NCBI GenBank assembly: GCA_902587515.1
Contig: CACILM010000006.1
Location: forward strand, 3,045 to 67,044
DNA: 64,000 nt
DNA from: an uncultured Pelagibacteraceae bacterium
GTDB lineage: Bacteria > Pseudomonadota > Alphaproteobacteria > Pelagibacterales > Pelagibacteraceae
Direction of reading: 5' to 3'
Shown: positions 9,793-20,518 of the stretch, in pieces
Layout of the letters: the number at the start of each line of letters is the position of its first letter
Position numbering within the stretch: position 1 is the stretch's first letter
Notes under the pieces: generated by a model
Database searches by the model: none
Seen by the model: the letters and a program-made list of their open reading frames with translations, nothing else
What the model was told of the DNA's origin: nothing
Position numbers and translations under genes: made by a program

Positions 9793-10610
9793 ATAATCAT
9801 AAAGTAAAATGCTCTAATTTTGAAATCGCTAACAATAAACCATTTACTCTAATTGCTGGCCCTTGTCAGCTTGAGAGTGAAGAGCATGCAGTTAAGATCT
9901 CAACTGAGCTTAAAAAAATTACAAGCGAAATAGGTATTAATCTAATTTATAAAACTTCTTTTGATAAAGCTAACAGAACAAGTTTGAAAGGAAAAAGAGG
10001 TTTGGGTTTAGAAAAATCACTTCCGATTTTTGATAAAATTAGAAAAGATGTTGGTGTCCCAGTCTTAACCGATGTTCATACTTCCGAACAATGCTCCATA
10101 GTTTCGAATCATGTAGATGTTTTGCAAATTCCAGCTTTCTTATGTAGACAAACTGATTTATTAATCGCAGCAGCGAAAACTGGCAAAATAATTAATGTCA
10201 AGAAAGGTCAATTTTTAGCTCCATGGGATATGGCTAATGTAATAAAAAAAATTGAAGACTCAGGGAATAAAAATATTTTAATTACAGAAAGAGGAGCGAG
10301 TTTTGGTTATAATACTCTTGTTTCAGATATGAGAGCCTTACCAATAATGTCTAAATATGGATTTCCAATCGTTTTTGATGCAACTCATTCAGTACAACAA
10401 CCAGGTGGCATGGGAGAAAAAAGTGGTGGGCAAAGAGAGTTCGTTCCTTATTTAGCTCGCGCGGCTATCGCTGTTGGAGTAGGGGCAATTTTCATAGAAA
10501 CACATGAGGATCCAGATAACGCGCCATCGGATGGTCCAAACATGGTTCCATTAAATGAAGTAAAAACTTTGTTAAAAAAACTTACCGAGATCGATAAGAT
10601 AGTAAAATAA
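9789..10610 (+). CDS. kdsA: 2-dehydro-3-deoxyphosphooctonate (KDO-8-P) aldolase
   Basis: 273 aa with [19 protein letters not shown] and DATHSVQ motifs. It overlaps pyrG through an ATGA junction. Confidence 0.9.
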   Translation: MNNHKVKCSNFEIANNKPFTLIAGPCQLESEEHAVKISTELKKITSEIGINLIYKTSFDKANRTSLKGKRGLGLEKSLPIFDKIRKDVGVPVLTDVHTSEQCSIVSNHVDVLQIPAFLCRQTDLLIAAAKTGKIINVKKGQFLAPWDMANVIKKIEDSGNKNILITERGASFGYNTLVSDMRALPIMSKYGFPIVFDATHSVQQPGGMGEKSGGQREFVPYLARAAIAVGVGAIFIETHEDPDNAPSDGPNMVPLNEVKTLLKKLTEIDKIVK

Positions 10611-10612
10611 GA

Positions 10613-11869
10613 ATGGTAAAAATTAAAAGCATAAAAGGCAGACAGGTCTTTGATAGTAGAGGAAATCCAACAGTGGAAGCAGAAGTTTTTTTAGAAAATA
10701 ATATTTCTGCCACTGCTATTTCTCCATCAGGTGCATCAACAGGTGCATTTGAAGCACACGAATTAAGAGATCAAGATAAGAATAAATTTTTAGGCAAAAG
10801 TGTAAATATTGCTGTTGAAAATATAAATAATAAAATTTCAAATAAACTTAAAGGTTATGACTCAGACGACCAAAAAAAAATCGATAAAGCTTTATTAGAT
10901 TTAGATGGAAGTGAAAATAAAACAAATTTGGGAGCTAATGCTACTTTAGCAGTCTCACTAGCTAATTCAAAATGTTCAGCTTTATCAAACAAAAAATCAT
11001 TATTTAAATATCTTGGTAGCACTTTCTCTTTACCTATACCATTAATGAATATTATTAATGGTGGTGCGCATGCCGACAATGACTTAAATATTCAAGAATT
11101 TATGATTAGACCTGACTCAGCTAAAAATTTTATGGACGCTATTGAAAAATGTTATGTTGTTATTCAAAATTTGAAGAAATTACTTAAATCTAACAAAATG
11201 CTCACAAATGTAGGAGATGAAGGTGGATTTGCTCCATCAATTAATACAAATGAGCAAGCTTTGGATTTAATTGTAAATGCAATAGAAAAGTCAAATTTAA
11301 AACCAGGAAAAGATATAGTTATTTGTTTAGATGTAGCAGCTAATGAATTAATTAATGAGAAAGGGGAGTATTCAATTCAATCTAAAAATTATACATCAGT
11401 CGAAGATAATGTTAATTATTATAAAAAACTTACATCTAACTACCCAATAAAATCAATAGAGGACCCTTTTGCCGAAGAAGACTGGGAATCTTGGAAAAAA
11501 ATTACTAACGAAATAGGGAAAAGTGTTCAAATTGTTGGAGATGATTTATTCGTCACAAATGTAAAACGTTTAAGTAAAGGAATAAAAGAAAAGTCAGCAA
11601 ATTGTATTTTAGTAAAACCTAATCAAATAGGCACTTTAACTGAAACTTTAGAAGTAATTTCAATGGCAAAAGCCGCAGATTTTAATACTATCATTTCTCA
11701 TAGATCTGGGGATACCGAAGATACATTTATCGCTGACTTAGCGTCCGCGACCATGTCGTCTCAAATTAAAACTGGATCTTTGGCGAGATCTGAAAGAGTA
11801 GCTAAATATAATAGGTTATTACGCATAGAAGAAGAACTTGGAAATCAGGCCAAAATGGCTAGTATCTAA
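10613..11869 (+). CDS. eno: Enolase
   Basis: 418 aa with GRQVFDSRGNPTVE, SHRSGDTED and KTGSLARSERVAKYN motifs. Confidence 0.95.
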   Translation: MVKIKSIKGRQVFDSRGNPTVEAEVFLENNISATAISPSGASTGAFEAHELRDQDKNKFLGKSVNIAVENINNKISNKLKGYDSDDQKKIDKALLDLDGSENKTNLGANATLAVSLANSKCSALSNKKSLFKYLGSTFSLPIPLMNIINGGAHADNDLNIQEFMIRPDSAKNFMDAIEKCYVVIQNLKKLLKSNKMLTNVGDEGGFAPSINTNEQALDLIVNAIEKSNLKPGKDIVICLDVAANELINEKGEYSIQSKNYTSVEDNVNYYKKLTSNYPIKSIEDPFAEEDWESWKKITNEIGKSVQIVGDDLFVTNVKRLSKGIKEKSANCILVKPNQIGTLTETLEVISMAKAADFNTIISHRSGDTEDTFIADLASATMSSQIKTGSLARSERVAKYNRLLRIEEELGNQAKMASI

Positions 11870-11872
11870 CCT

Positions 11873-12166
11873 ATGCGACTTATTGAAAGTTTAAAGAAGA
11901 AAAAATTTATATTATTTAATATCTTTTTTACACTGTATATAGGTATAAACTTAATAGGAGGTGAAAGGGGTTTAATCTCTTATTTTGATAAAAAGAGAAT
12001 TTTCGAAGAGCTTGAGATTAGGAATAAGGTGCTGACTAGTGAATTAAAAGATTTAGAACATAAAATATCACTAGTAAAAAATAATGACCTTGATTATCTA
12101 GATATGCTTTATAGGGAAAAATTCAGATACGTTACAAAAGATGAAATTATTATAAAGTTAAAATGA
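11873..12166 (+). CDS. ftsB: Septum formation initiator (FtsB/DivIC family)
   Basis: 97 aa with one TM helix plus a coiled coil, ending LYREKFRY. Its position after eno is conserved. Confidence 0.65.
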   Translation: MRLIESLKKKKFILFNIFFTLYIGINLIGGERGLISYFDKKRIFEELEIRNKVLTSELKDLEHKISLVKNNDLDYLDMLYREKFRYVTKDEIIIKLK

Positions 12167-13107
12167 GTCAAAAACCTAGACATCCAGAAAAAGTAAACAA
12201 GCCTATTAATCCAATTAAAAAGAAACCTGAATGGATTAGATCAAAAATAGTAGACTCGCAAGTTTTCTTTCAAACCAAAAAAGTTGTTAATCAAAATAAT
12301 TTAGTTACAGTCTGTCAGGAAGCAAACTGTCCTAACATCACTGAATGTTGGAGCAAAAAACATGCAACATTTATGATTATGGGGGATACTTGTACAAGAG
12401 CTTGCGCGTTTTGTGATGTTAAAACCGGAAAGCCAGACGATCTGGATATTTTTGAGCCAACTAAAATTGCTAAAGCTGTTAAAAGTCTAAATCTAAAACA
12501 TGTAGTAATTACTTCTGTAGATAGAGATGACCTAGATGATGGTGGAGCTGATCATTTTTACAAAGTAGTAAAAGCGACAAGAGAAAAAAATCCAAAAACG
12601 TCAATAGAAGTTTTAACTCCTGATTTTTTAAGAAAAGGTGAGGCCTATAAAAAAATTTTAGAGGCTGACCTCGACGTTTTTAATCATAATATAGAAACAG
12701 TTCCAAGACTTTACACATCAGTTAGACCAGGGGCACGATATTTTGCATCATTAGAACTTTTAAAAAATGCAAAAAAATTTAACAAAAAAGTTTTTACAAA
12801 ATCTGGAATTATGATTGGTTTAGGTGAAAATAAAGAAGAAGTGATCCAAGTTATGGATGATCTCAGGTCTGCTGAGGTCGATTTTATTACTATAGGCCAA
12901 TACTTGCAACCTTCTCCAAAACATCATCCACTAAATCGTTACTATCATCCCGATGAATTTAAAGAATTCGAGCAAATAGCAAAAACAAAAGGGTTTTTAC
13001 TTGTTTCTTCATCACCACTTACAAGATCTTCTTACCACGCAGATGAAGATTTTAAAAAATTACAAGATGCAAGAAATAAAAAGCTTGAATGTCTTCTGCA
13101 TCAATAA
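12163..13107 (+). CDS. lipA: Lipoyl synthase
   Basis: 314 aa radical-SAM enzyme with CEEANCPN-like and CTRACAFC cysteine clusters. Confidence 0.9.
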   Translation: MSQKPRHPEKVNKPINPIKKKPEWIRSKIVDSQVFFQTKKVVNQNNLVTVCQEANCPNITECWSKKHATFMIMGDTCTRACAFCDVKTGKPDDLDIFEPTKIAKAVKSLNLKHVVITSVDRDDLDDGGADHFYKVVKATREKNPKTSIEVLTPDFLRKGEAYKKILEADLDVFNHNIETVPRLYTSVRPGARYFASLELLKNAKKFNKKVFTKSGIMIGLGENKEEVIQVMDDLRSAEVDFITIGQYLQPSPKHHPLNRYYHPDEFKEFEQIAKTKGFLLVSSSPLTRSSYHADEDFKKLQDARNKKLECLLHQ

Positions 13108-13532
13108 AAAAAATTATTCCCTGTAAAAAAGAGCAATTAGTTGAAATGGTTCTTGATATTGAAAAATATCCAGAATTTGTTCCTTGGTGTATTGAAGGTA
13201 AAGTTTTTGATAGAAATGAAAGTACAGATCTAATAACGTTTAATGGAGATTTAAAAGTAGGAAAAAGCATCCTCAACGAAACTTTCTCAAGTCATGTATC
13301 CTACTATAAAGAAAAAGATACAATTGTAGTAACTAATCTTGATGGACCATTAAAACATTTAAAAAATGAGTGGAAATTTAAGGAAGTAAACAATTCGACG
13401 CAACTAGAGTTTTTTATTGATTTTGAATTGAAAAATCCAATTTTGAATGGGATAATGAAAAAATCTTTTGAGCTTGGTTTGAATAAAATTGCCAAGGCTT
13501 TCGAAGAAAGAGCAATTAAATTATATAAATAA
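13089..13532 (+). CDS. SRPBCC-fold protein (RatA/Coq10-like cyclase/dehydrase family)
   Basis: 147 aa with YPEFVPWC, typical of this family. It conventionally follows lipA in alphaproteobacteria. It overlaps lipA by 19 nt. Confidence 0.65.
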   Translation: MSSASIKKIIPCKKEQLVEMVLDIEKYPEFVPWCIEGKVFDRNESTDLITFNGDLKVGKSILNETFSSHVSYYKEKDTIVVTNLDGPLKHLKNEWKFKEVNNSTQLEFFIDFELKNPILNGIMKKSFELGLNKIAKAFEERAIKLYK

Positions 13533-13843
13533 TGTTTACAATATCATCTTTATTAATACTATTTATTTTAACTTTTAAATTCTTATCTTCATATATCAAA
13601 ACAATTAGAACAGGTGACCCTAACGAAACTAACCTTACTTATTGGATGTTTTCGTATGATTTTAAGTCTAAAACTAAAGAATGGATACCTGAAGATAAAC
13701 AACTATTACAAAGAAAACGGGCTAGAAATTTTTTAGTTTTTATACTCTATTTAACTGCTTTTGGAATCTTTTTGTTGCTTAACAGTTTTACAGCACATCT
13801 TTTAGATGTAATTGTTAACCCAGAATTTAGCTACCCCGTTTAA
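13532..13843 (+). CDS. Hypothetical small membrane protein (2 predicted TM helices)
   Basis: 103-aa ORF abutting the previous stop, with hydrophobic N- and C-terminal segments. No family recognised. Confidence 0.4.
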   Translation: MFTISSLLILFILTFKFLSSYIKTIRTGDPNETNLTYWMFSYDFKSKTKEWIPEDKQLLQRKRARNFLVFILYLTAFGIFLLLNSFTAHLLDVIVNPEFSYPV

Positions 13844-14306
13844 TCAATTGCACTAATAGATTTAAAGTTTTTTTTACAGTTTGTTTTTGAATATAAATTC
13901 TTCCTTTATTCTTAAAATCACATTTATTAACAACAACCTTTTTTCCAACTTTTATCCCAATATAAACCAAACCAACTGGTTTTTGTTTAGATCCTCCTTT
14001 AGGACCAGCAATACCCGTTATTGAAACACAGACTTTTGATTTACTAATTTTACTTAGGTTTTTTACCATTGCCAAACAACATTGAACACTTACAGCTCCA
14101 TATTTTTTTATTATTTTTGGATGAATTTTTAATAAACTCGTTTTGGCTTGATTTGCGTAGGTGACTAATCCCATAGTAAATACCTTTGATGACCCACTTA
14201 CTGACGTAATAGAACTAGAAAGCATTCCACCAGTACAAGACTCAGCAAAAGCAATTTTTAGTTTTTTTCTTTTGAGTAATAAAACTATTTTTTTATTTAA
14301 ACTCAT
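13827..14306 (-). CDS. CinA C-terminal domain / nicotinamide-nucleotide amidohydrolase (PncC-like)
   Basis: 159 aa with AESCTGG and GIAGP motifs. Confidence 0.75.
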   Translation of the reverse strand: MSLNKKIVLLLKRKKLKIAFAESCTGGMLSSSITSVSGSSKVFTMGLVTYANQAKTSLLKIHPKIIKKYGAVSVQCCLAMVKNLSKISKSKVCVSITGIAGPKGGSKQKPVGLVYIGIKVGKKVVVNKCDFKNKGRIYIQKQTVKKTLNLLVQLIKRGS

Positions 14307-14308
14307 TA

Positions 14309-14809
14309 CTAAAACTTAGATTTAATTATCATAAAGATTATCAATGTAAGAACCACATATAAACCAGCTACTACATCGTCTATTATTACTCCAAAACTAT
14401 TTTTAAATTTTTTATCAAAAAAATTGACTGGGAAGGGTTTTTTAATATCAAAAAACCTAAATAGAATAAAAATATACAAATAAAATATTACTGCTTCTTG
14501 AGAGTCTTTTACTGTTCCATGCGAGATCTCATATAGATAAATAGGAATAGATTGACCAATAAATTCATCTATAACAACCTCTTTAGGATCTTTATTTTCA
14601 CTAAATTTTATATATTCGGACACAGCATAGAAGGAATAGATAAAAACAATTAATAAAATTATTAAAATAGTGTTGTTTGATAGATTTATTATATGAAACA
14701 AGCTGAATAAAAAAACAGCTGTTATTAGAGATGTTATAGTCCCTGGTGCAAATCTAATTGATCCAATTCCAAAACATGTAACAACTAAATAATTTAAAGT
14801 TTTAATCAT
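14309..14809 (-). CDS. pgpA: Phosphatidylglycerophosphatase A
   Basis: 166 aa polytopic protein with GIGSIRFAPGT and DDVVAG motifs. Confidence 0.7.
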   Translation of the reverse strand: MIKTLNYLVVTCFGIGSIRFAPGTITSLITAVFLFSLFHIINLSNNTILIILLIVFIYSFYAVSEYIKFSENKDPKEVVIDEFIGQSIPIYLYEISHGTVKDSQEAVIFYLYIFILFRFFDIKKPFPVNFFDKKFKNSFGVIIDDVVAGLYVVLTLIIFMIIKSKF

Positions 14810-15947
14810 ATTTTATAACTGAACATATTGTTTCGCATGCAATGGCTTTTTCTTTACCAATTAAACCTAACTTTTCAGTTGTCTTTCCTTTGATGTTGAT
14901 TTGATTTTTGGAAATTTCACATAATTTAGAAATATTATTAATCATTTTATTTTTAATATTTTTAATTTTTGGTGTTTGAGTAATAATATTGATATCAATA
15001 TTATTAACAAAGAAGCCTTTTAACTTTATCATATTTATTACTTGCTGAAGCAAAATAGTTGATCTTATATTTTTAAATTTTTTATTTTTATCAGAAAACA
15101 TTTGTCCAATATCTCCCATTTTACAAGCTCCCAAAATTGCATCAGTAACTGAGTGTAAAACAGGATCACCATCAGAATGTCCTAGTGTTCCTAGTTTAGA
15201 CTTTATTTTTAAACCAGCTAAAAAAAGTTTTCTTTTAGGAACTAATCTATGAACATCAAATCCAATGCCAACACTCTGCTTAGATTTATAAATATTTTTT
15301 AGATTTTCAAAATCAGCCCGATCTGTAATTTTAAAGTTATTTTTTTCTCCTTCTATGAACCTTACTTTATTCAAATCCATGTACAAAGAAATATCATCAT
15401 CTTTATACTTATCTGAATTGGTTTTGTGTAAATTATATAATTCTTTCAAATTAAAAGCTTGAGGCGTCTGTGTTAAAAATAAATTTTCCCTGTTTTTTCC
15501 TATTATGTATTCCTCTTTACTTGAGTCGATTACTTGTTTAATTGCATCTTGAATACTTATTTTAGGAATTACTGACCTAGAATTTTTCATATTTTTCATT
15601 ATTGAGTAAAGTAATTTTGTTGAAATATTGGGTCTAGCAACATCATGAATTAAAACTTTACTTGGCCCTTTCTGATTAATTAAAAATTTTAGAGCATTTA
15701 AAGTAGACTCCTGCCTGCTTTTTCCTCCAAGTAAAAGTTTTACATTTTTAAGTTTTAGTAATTTGATACGTTTTATGTCTTTTTTATTGAAAACAATGAT
15801 AACTTTTTTAATTTGTTTAAATTTTTGTGCTTTAATAAGGTTAATTTCAATTAATGATTTGCCGCCAATTTTTTGATATGGTTTGCCAACATTAGAACTA
15901 AATCTATTGCTATTACCAGCTGCAAGAATAATTAAAGAAAAACTCAT
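14802..15947 (-). CDS. ispDF: Bifunctional IspD/IspF (MEP cytidylyltransferase / MEcPP synthase)
   Basis: 381 aa. The N-terminus has ILAAGNSNRF (IspD). The C-terminus has GIGFDVHRL and GHSDGD (IspF). Confidence 0.9.
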   Translation of the reverse strand: MSFSLIILAAGNSNRFSSNVGKPYQKIGGKSLIEINLIKAQKFKQIKKVIIVFNKKDIKRIKLLKLKNVKLLLGGKSRQESTLNALKFLINQKGPSKVLIHDVARPNISTKLLYSIMKNMKNSRSVIPKISIQDAIKQVIDSSKEEYIIGKNRENLFLTQTPQAFNLKELYNLHKTNSDKYKDDDISLYMDLNKVRFIEGEKNNFKITDRADFENLKNIYKSKQSVGIGFDVHRLVPKRKLFLAGLKIKSKLGTLGHSDGDPVLHSVTDAILGACKMGDIGQMFSDKNKKFKNIRSTILLQQVINMIKLKGFFVNNIDINIITQTPKIKNIKNKMINNISKLCEISKNQINIKGKTTEKLGLIGKEKAIACETICSVIKYD

Positions 15948-15995
15948 GGTATAAACTTATATTATATTTATACAGATATTTAATGCTTAATTAAG

Positions 15996-17777
15996 ATGTT
16001 TAAAATTATTAAAAATTTTAATTGGATTATTTTATCCTCATTTTTATGTATTTTTATGGGGATTGTAACTTTTTTGACTTTTATCAACGAAGGTTTTGTA
16101 CCTTTAACTGATAAAAATCTTCAGACTTTATTAATTATAGATATTTTTTTACTATTGATCTTTTTTACCCTTATCTTTAGAAATTTTTATAGATTTTATT
16201 ATACCGGTAAAAAAAATAAAAAAGGAGCACAAACAAATTTAAAATATATATCGGTATTTTCATTATTCACAGTAATCCCATCCTTAATCGTAGCAATCTT
16301 TTCTCTATTTATTTTTAACTTCGGTGTGCAGAATTATTTTGATAAACAAATAACAAAAGCTGTAAATAATTCATTTGATGTAGCAAAGAATTACTTAGAA
16401 GAGAGTAGAGAAAATGTTTTATCAGATGTAATTTTAATGAGTGTTGGCCTGAATAGAGCCTCAAGTTTGTATTATTCTAATCCAAATCGATTTAAAAATA
16501 TAATGAGATCTGAAAAAATACTACGGAGAGTCGACGATGTGTATTTGATTGACAGTTTAGGAAATATTTTATTGTCAGATGTAAGGGACATTACTGAAGA
16601 ATTTGTAGTGCCATCAGATGATGATTATGATCAAGTATTAGAAGGTAAGCCTGTTTTTATTTCAGGCAGTTTAGAAAATAAAACAACAGTAATGACAAAA
16701 TTAAACTCTCTAGTTGATACTTACTTGTATATCTCACGAAATATAGATCCAGAAACATTAAGATACTTAAATGAAACAGAACAAGCAGTAAGTTTTTATT
16801 ACTCAGTTGAAAATAGTCAAACAGGAATTAAAGTCACATTTGCAATTATATATATTATAGTTGTTACTTTACTTTTATTTCTGTCTACTTCAATTGCCAT
16901 AACTTTTGCTTCAAGACTAACTAAACCAATTATAAATCTAATAAGTGCCTCGGATTCTATAAGCAAGGGAGCATTAGATGTAAAGGTTCCAGAACTTGAT
17001 ACAGATGAGGAATTCAAAGATTTAAATAAAAATTTTAATTCAATGATTCAAAGACTTAAAGAACAACAAGACAAATTACTTCTGAATGAGAGATATGAGG
17101 CTTGGGAGTCTGTGGCAAGAAAATTAGCACACGAAATAAAAAATCCACTTACTCCTATTCAGCTGTCTATTGATAGTTTAAGAGAAAAATATAAAAATGC
17201 ACTAAGTAATCAAAGTCAAGATTTTGAGAAATACCTCCAAACGATTAATAGACAAATTAAAGATATAGAAAAATTAGTTAATGAATTTTCAAATTTTGCT
17301 AGAATGCCGAGACCAATTCTTAAAAGGATAAATATAATAGATTTAGTTAAAAGATCTTTAGACTTTATTAAAATGACCTCTAAAAATTATATAAAACTTA
17401 ATTTCGATAAAAAAAATCTATTAATTAATGGAGATGAAGATCAATTAAGCAGAGTTTTTATTAATTTAATAAAGAATTCTGAAGAAGCTTTTGAAGAAAT
17501 GAGTAAAAAAAACCCTGATTTTAAAGGTAATATAAACATAGAAATAAATGAGAATAATGACTATATAATTTGTAGGTTGACAGATAATGGTCCAGGTATT
17601 ACAGACGCAAAAAAAGCGATGACACCATATTTTACAACAAAAAAAACAGGGACTGGTTTAGGCCTTCCTATTGTAACAAAAATTATCAATGAACATTCAG
17701 GAAGTTTTTCAATTCAAAGAAAAAAAAAAGGAAGTGGCTCAATAATTGTTATCTCATTGCCAAAATTAAATGCTTAA
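15996..17777 (+). CDS. ntrY: NtrY-type sensor histidine kinase, short form
   Basis: 593 aa with N-terminal TM helices, a HAMP domain, an H-box (AHEIKNPLTPIQLS), and the N/G boxes of HATPase_c (DNGPGI, GTGLGL). Confidence 0.75.
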   Translation: MFKIIKNFNWIILSSFLCIFMGIVTFLTFINEGFVPLTDKNLQTLLIIDIFLLLIFFTLIFRNFYRFYYTGKKNKKGAQTNLKYISVFSLFTVIPSLIVAIFSLFIFNFGVQNYFDKQITKAVNNSFDVAKNYLEESRENVLSDVILMSVGLNRASSLYYSNPNRFKNIMRSEKILRRVDDVYLIDSLGNILLSDVRDITEEFVVPSDDDYDQVLEGKPVFISGSLENKTTVMTKLNSLVDTYLYISRNIDPETLRYLNETEQAVSFYYSVENSQTGIKVTFAIIYIIVVTLLLFLSTSIAITFASRLTKPIINLISASDSISKGALDVKVPELDTDEEFKDLNKNFNSMIQRLKEQQDKLLLNERYEAWESVARKLAHEIKNPLTPIQLSIDSLREKYKNALSNQSQDFEKYLQTINRQIKDIEKLVNEFSNFARMPRPILKRINIIDLVKRSLDFIKMTSKNYIKLNFDKKNLLINGDEDQLSRVFINLIKNSEEAFEEMSKKNPDFKGNINIEINENNDYIICRLTDNGPGITDAKKAMTPYFTTKKTGTGLGLPIVTKIINEHSGSFSIQRKKKGSGSIIVISLPKLNA

Positions 17778-19137
17778 AGAAATTTTAGTTATCGATGATA
17801 ATCCTGATATTCGCCTACTGGTCAGCACAATTTTAAAAGACCAAAACTTTGAAGTCAGAACAGCAGCTAATTACGATCAAGCAGTTTTTGAAATTAACAA
17901 AAAACTTCCTGATCTAGCAATAATTGATATTAAGTTAGATAGAGTAGATAAAGATGGAATAGATCTTTTAAAATTGGTTGCAAAAAAAAATAAACTTATT
18001 CCTGTAATTATGATATCAGGTCATGCAACGGTGGCAATTGCAGTTGAGGCTACAAGGCTAGGCGCGTATGAGTTTATTGAAAAACCTTTTTCTAAAGAAA
18101 AAATTCTTAATTATGTAAAACGAGCTTTAGAATCTTCAGAATTAAAAAAAGAAAAAGACATCATAGAAAATAAACTTTTCCATTCTTTTGATTTAGTTGG
18201 AAAAAGTCCTTCAATAATGAAGGTTAAAAAAATAATACAGAAATTATCAACTTCCGAAAGCAGAGTTTTAATTTCAGGACCAACAGGGGCAGGAAAAGAA
18301 CTAGTAGCAAGAAAAATTCATAAAAATTCTGTTAGATCAAAGGAACCTTTCATCATTATAAATGCAGCACTTTTAAGAGAAAGTACTTATGAAAAAGAGC
18401 TTTTTGGAGAAGAATTTGATGATGGAAATGTTTCTTTTGGAGCATTAGAAAGAGCTAACAAGGGAACACTTTTAATTGATGAAGTATCAGAAATTCCGTA
18501 TGAAACTCAAGCTAATATACTAAGGGTATTAATTGATCAAAAATTTAAAAGATTAAATGGATCTAAGGATATAAATGTTAACATAAGATTAATTTCTTCT
18601 ACATCAAAAAATTTAGATTTATTGGTAAAAAACGGTAAATTTCGAGAAGATCTTTTTCATAGATTAAATGTCATGCCTATAGAACTTACATCTTTAAATT
18701 CTAGAACTGAAGATATTTCATTGTTAATAGAATATTTTATGGAAAAACTTTCAGAAATTAATGGAGTTCAAAAACCAGATATTGATATTAATAATGATAA
18801 TTTATATACGTACGATTGGCCAGGAAATGTGAGAGAGTTGAGAAATCTTGTAGAGAGAATTGCAATATTATCGTCAGATGAGTCTAAATCAAATATTAAT
18901 AAGCTGATCGAAGATATTCTTAACCCTTCATCATCTTCACTAACAAATAAAGATATTTTAGAAAAATCTTTTGCTTCTCCTCTAAAAGAAGCACGTAAAC
19001 ATTTTGAAAAAGAATATCTTTTAATTCAACTAAAAAAAAATCATGGCAATATCTCAAAAACTGCAGATTTTATTGGCATGGAGAGATCTGCGCTTCATAG
19101 AAAACTAAAAGAGCTTGGAATTAAAGGCATAAATTAA
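17770..19137 (+). CDS. ntrX: NtrX-type response regulator (receiver + AAA+ + Fis-type HTH)
   Basis: 455 aa with a receiver domain, Walker A GPTGAGKE, and a C-terminal HTH. It overlaps ntrY by 8 nt. Confidence 0.8.
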   Translation: MLKEILVIDDNPDIRLLVSTILKDQNFEVRTAANYDQAVFEINKKLPDLAIIDIKLDRVDKDGIDLLKLVAKKNKLIPVIMISGHATVAIAVEATRLGAYEFIEKPFSKEKILNYVKRALESSELKKEKDIIENKLFHSFDLVGKSPSIMKVKKIIQKLSTSESRVLISGPTGAGKELVARKIHKNSVRSKEPFIIINAALLRESTYEKELFGEEFDDGNVSFGALERANKGTLLIDEVSEIPYETQANILRVLIDQKFKRLNGSKDINVNIRLISSTSKNLDLLVKNGKFREDLFHRLNVMPIELTSLNSRTEDISLLIEYFMEKLSEINGVQKPDIDINNDNLYTYDWPGNVRELRNLVERIAILSSDESKSNINKLIEDILNPSSSSLTNKDILEKSFASPLKEARKHFEKEYLLIQLKKNHGNISKTADFIGMERSALHRKLKELGIKGIN

Positions 19138-19138
19138 A

Positions 19139-20512
19139 ATGAATATAATCATCTGTGGAGCTGGCAAGGTCGGCTTTTCAATTAGCAAACAATTATCTGC
19201 TCAAGGTCATTCAGTAACTGTTATTGATCAGTCTTCTGAAGATATAAAAAAAATAAATGACACCCAAGATGTAAAAGGGATAGTTGGAAGAGCTAGTTTA
19301 CCGACTGTTCTTGAAAACGCTGGCGCTGAAAAGACGGATATGATCATTGCTGTAACTAGAAATGATGAAACTAATATGATCGTATGTCAATTAGCTAGTT
19401 CATTATTTAATATTTCAAAAAAGATTGCCCGTATTAGAACTAAAGATTTTTTAGAAGGCAAATGGGGAAAACTCTTCAACAAATCAAATATTCCTATAGA
19501 TGTTATAATATCTCCAGAGATTGAGGTTGCAAAGTCTTTATATCGAAGACTCGAGGCACCTGGGGCCCTGGACAATGTTCCTTTCGGTAATAATAAAGTT
19601 AAAATGTTAGAAATTTCCATTGAAAAAAATTGTCCAATTAAAAATATTCCTCTTAAAAAATTAACAGAAAAGTTTCCTGATTTTAAAGCAAATATAATAG
19701 GAGCATTAAGAAAAGATAAGTTCATTTATCTTAAAAAAAATGACCAAATACTAGAAGATGACAATATTTATGTTGTTATAAGTAGTGATCAACTTAATCC
19801 AATACTAAAAGCTTTCGGTCATGAGGAAAAAGTTTCAAATAACGTTTTAATTATTGGTGGAGGAAACATTGGTCTAAATTTAGCAAAAATGCTAGAGGAA
19901 AACTTTGAAGATTTAAGGATAAAAATAATTGAAAAAAATAAATTAAGAGCAGAAGAAATAGCAAACGAGTTGTCATCATCTATTGTTATAAACGGAGATG
20001 CTCTTGACGAAGATATTCTAAAAGAAGCTAATCTGGAAGGATCCGAAACAGTCTTAGCTTTAACAAATGATGATGAAAATAATATGATGGCATGTGTATT
20101 AGCAGAGAAAACTGGTTTAAAAAAAAGAACAATAGCTATTGTCAATAAATCAAATTATAATTTACTTCAGGACTCTCTAAATATAGACGATCTTGTTGAT
20201 CCGAGAATGACAACAGTCTCAAGAATTATGGAACACGTTCATAGAGGAACAATTGGAACTGTTTATTCATTATTAGATGGTGAATATGAATTTATAGAGG
20301 CAAAAATCTTAGAAAAGTCAGAATTATTAAATAAAAAAATTAGAGACTCAAATTTACCTGAAGACATCAGAATTGGAGCAATCGTAAGAAAGGAAAAAGT
20401 AATAATACCAAAATCAAATTTTATATTTGAAAAAGATGATTTAGTTGTTTTTTTAGCAAAAAGAGAGCAATTAAAAGCGGTTGAGGATATTTTTAGCGTT
20501 GGTTCAATTTAA
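19139..20512 (+). CDS. trkA: Trk potassium uptake protein TrkA (two RCK/NAD-binding repeats)
   Basis: 457 aa with duplicated GxGxxG motifs (IICGAGKVG and IIGGGNIG). Confidence 0.9.
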   Translation: MNIIICGAGKVGFSISKQLSAQGHSVTVIDQSSEDIKKINDTQDVKGIVGRASLPTVLENAGAEKTDMIIAVTRNDETNMIVCQLASSLFNISKKIARIRTKDFLEGKWGKLFNKSNIPIDVIISPEIEVAKSLYRRLEAPGALDNVPFGNNKVKMLEISIEKNCPIKNIPLKKLTEKFPDFKANIIGALRKDKFIYLKKNDQILEDDNIYVVISSDQLNPILKAFGHEEKVSNNVLIIGGGNIGLNLAKMLEENFEDLRIKIIEKNKLRAEEIANELSSSIVINGDALDEDILKEANLEGSETVLALTNDDENNMMACVLAEKTGLKKRTIAIVNKSNYNLLQDSLNIDDLVDPRMTTVSRIMEHVHRGTIGTVYSLLDGEYEFIEAKILEKSELLNKKIRDSNLPEDIRIGAIVRKEKVIIPKSNFIFEKDDLVVFLAKREQLKAVEDIFSVGSI

Positions 20513-20518
20513 TTATAA

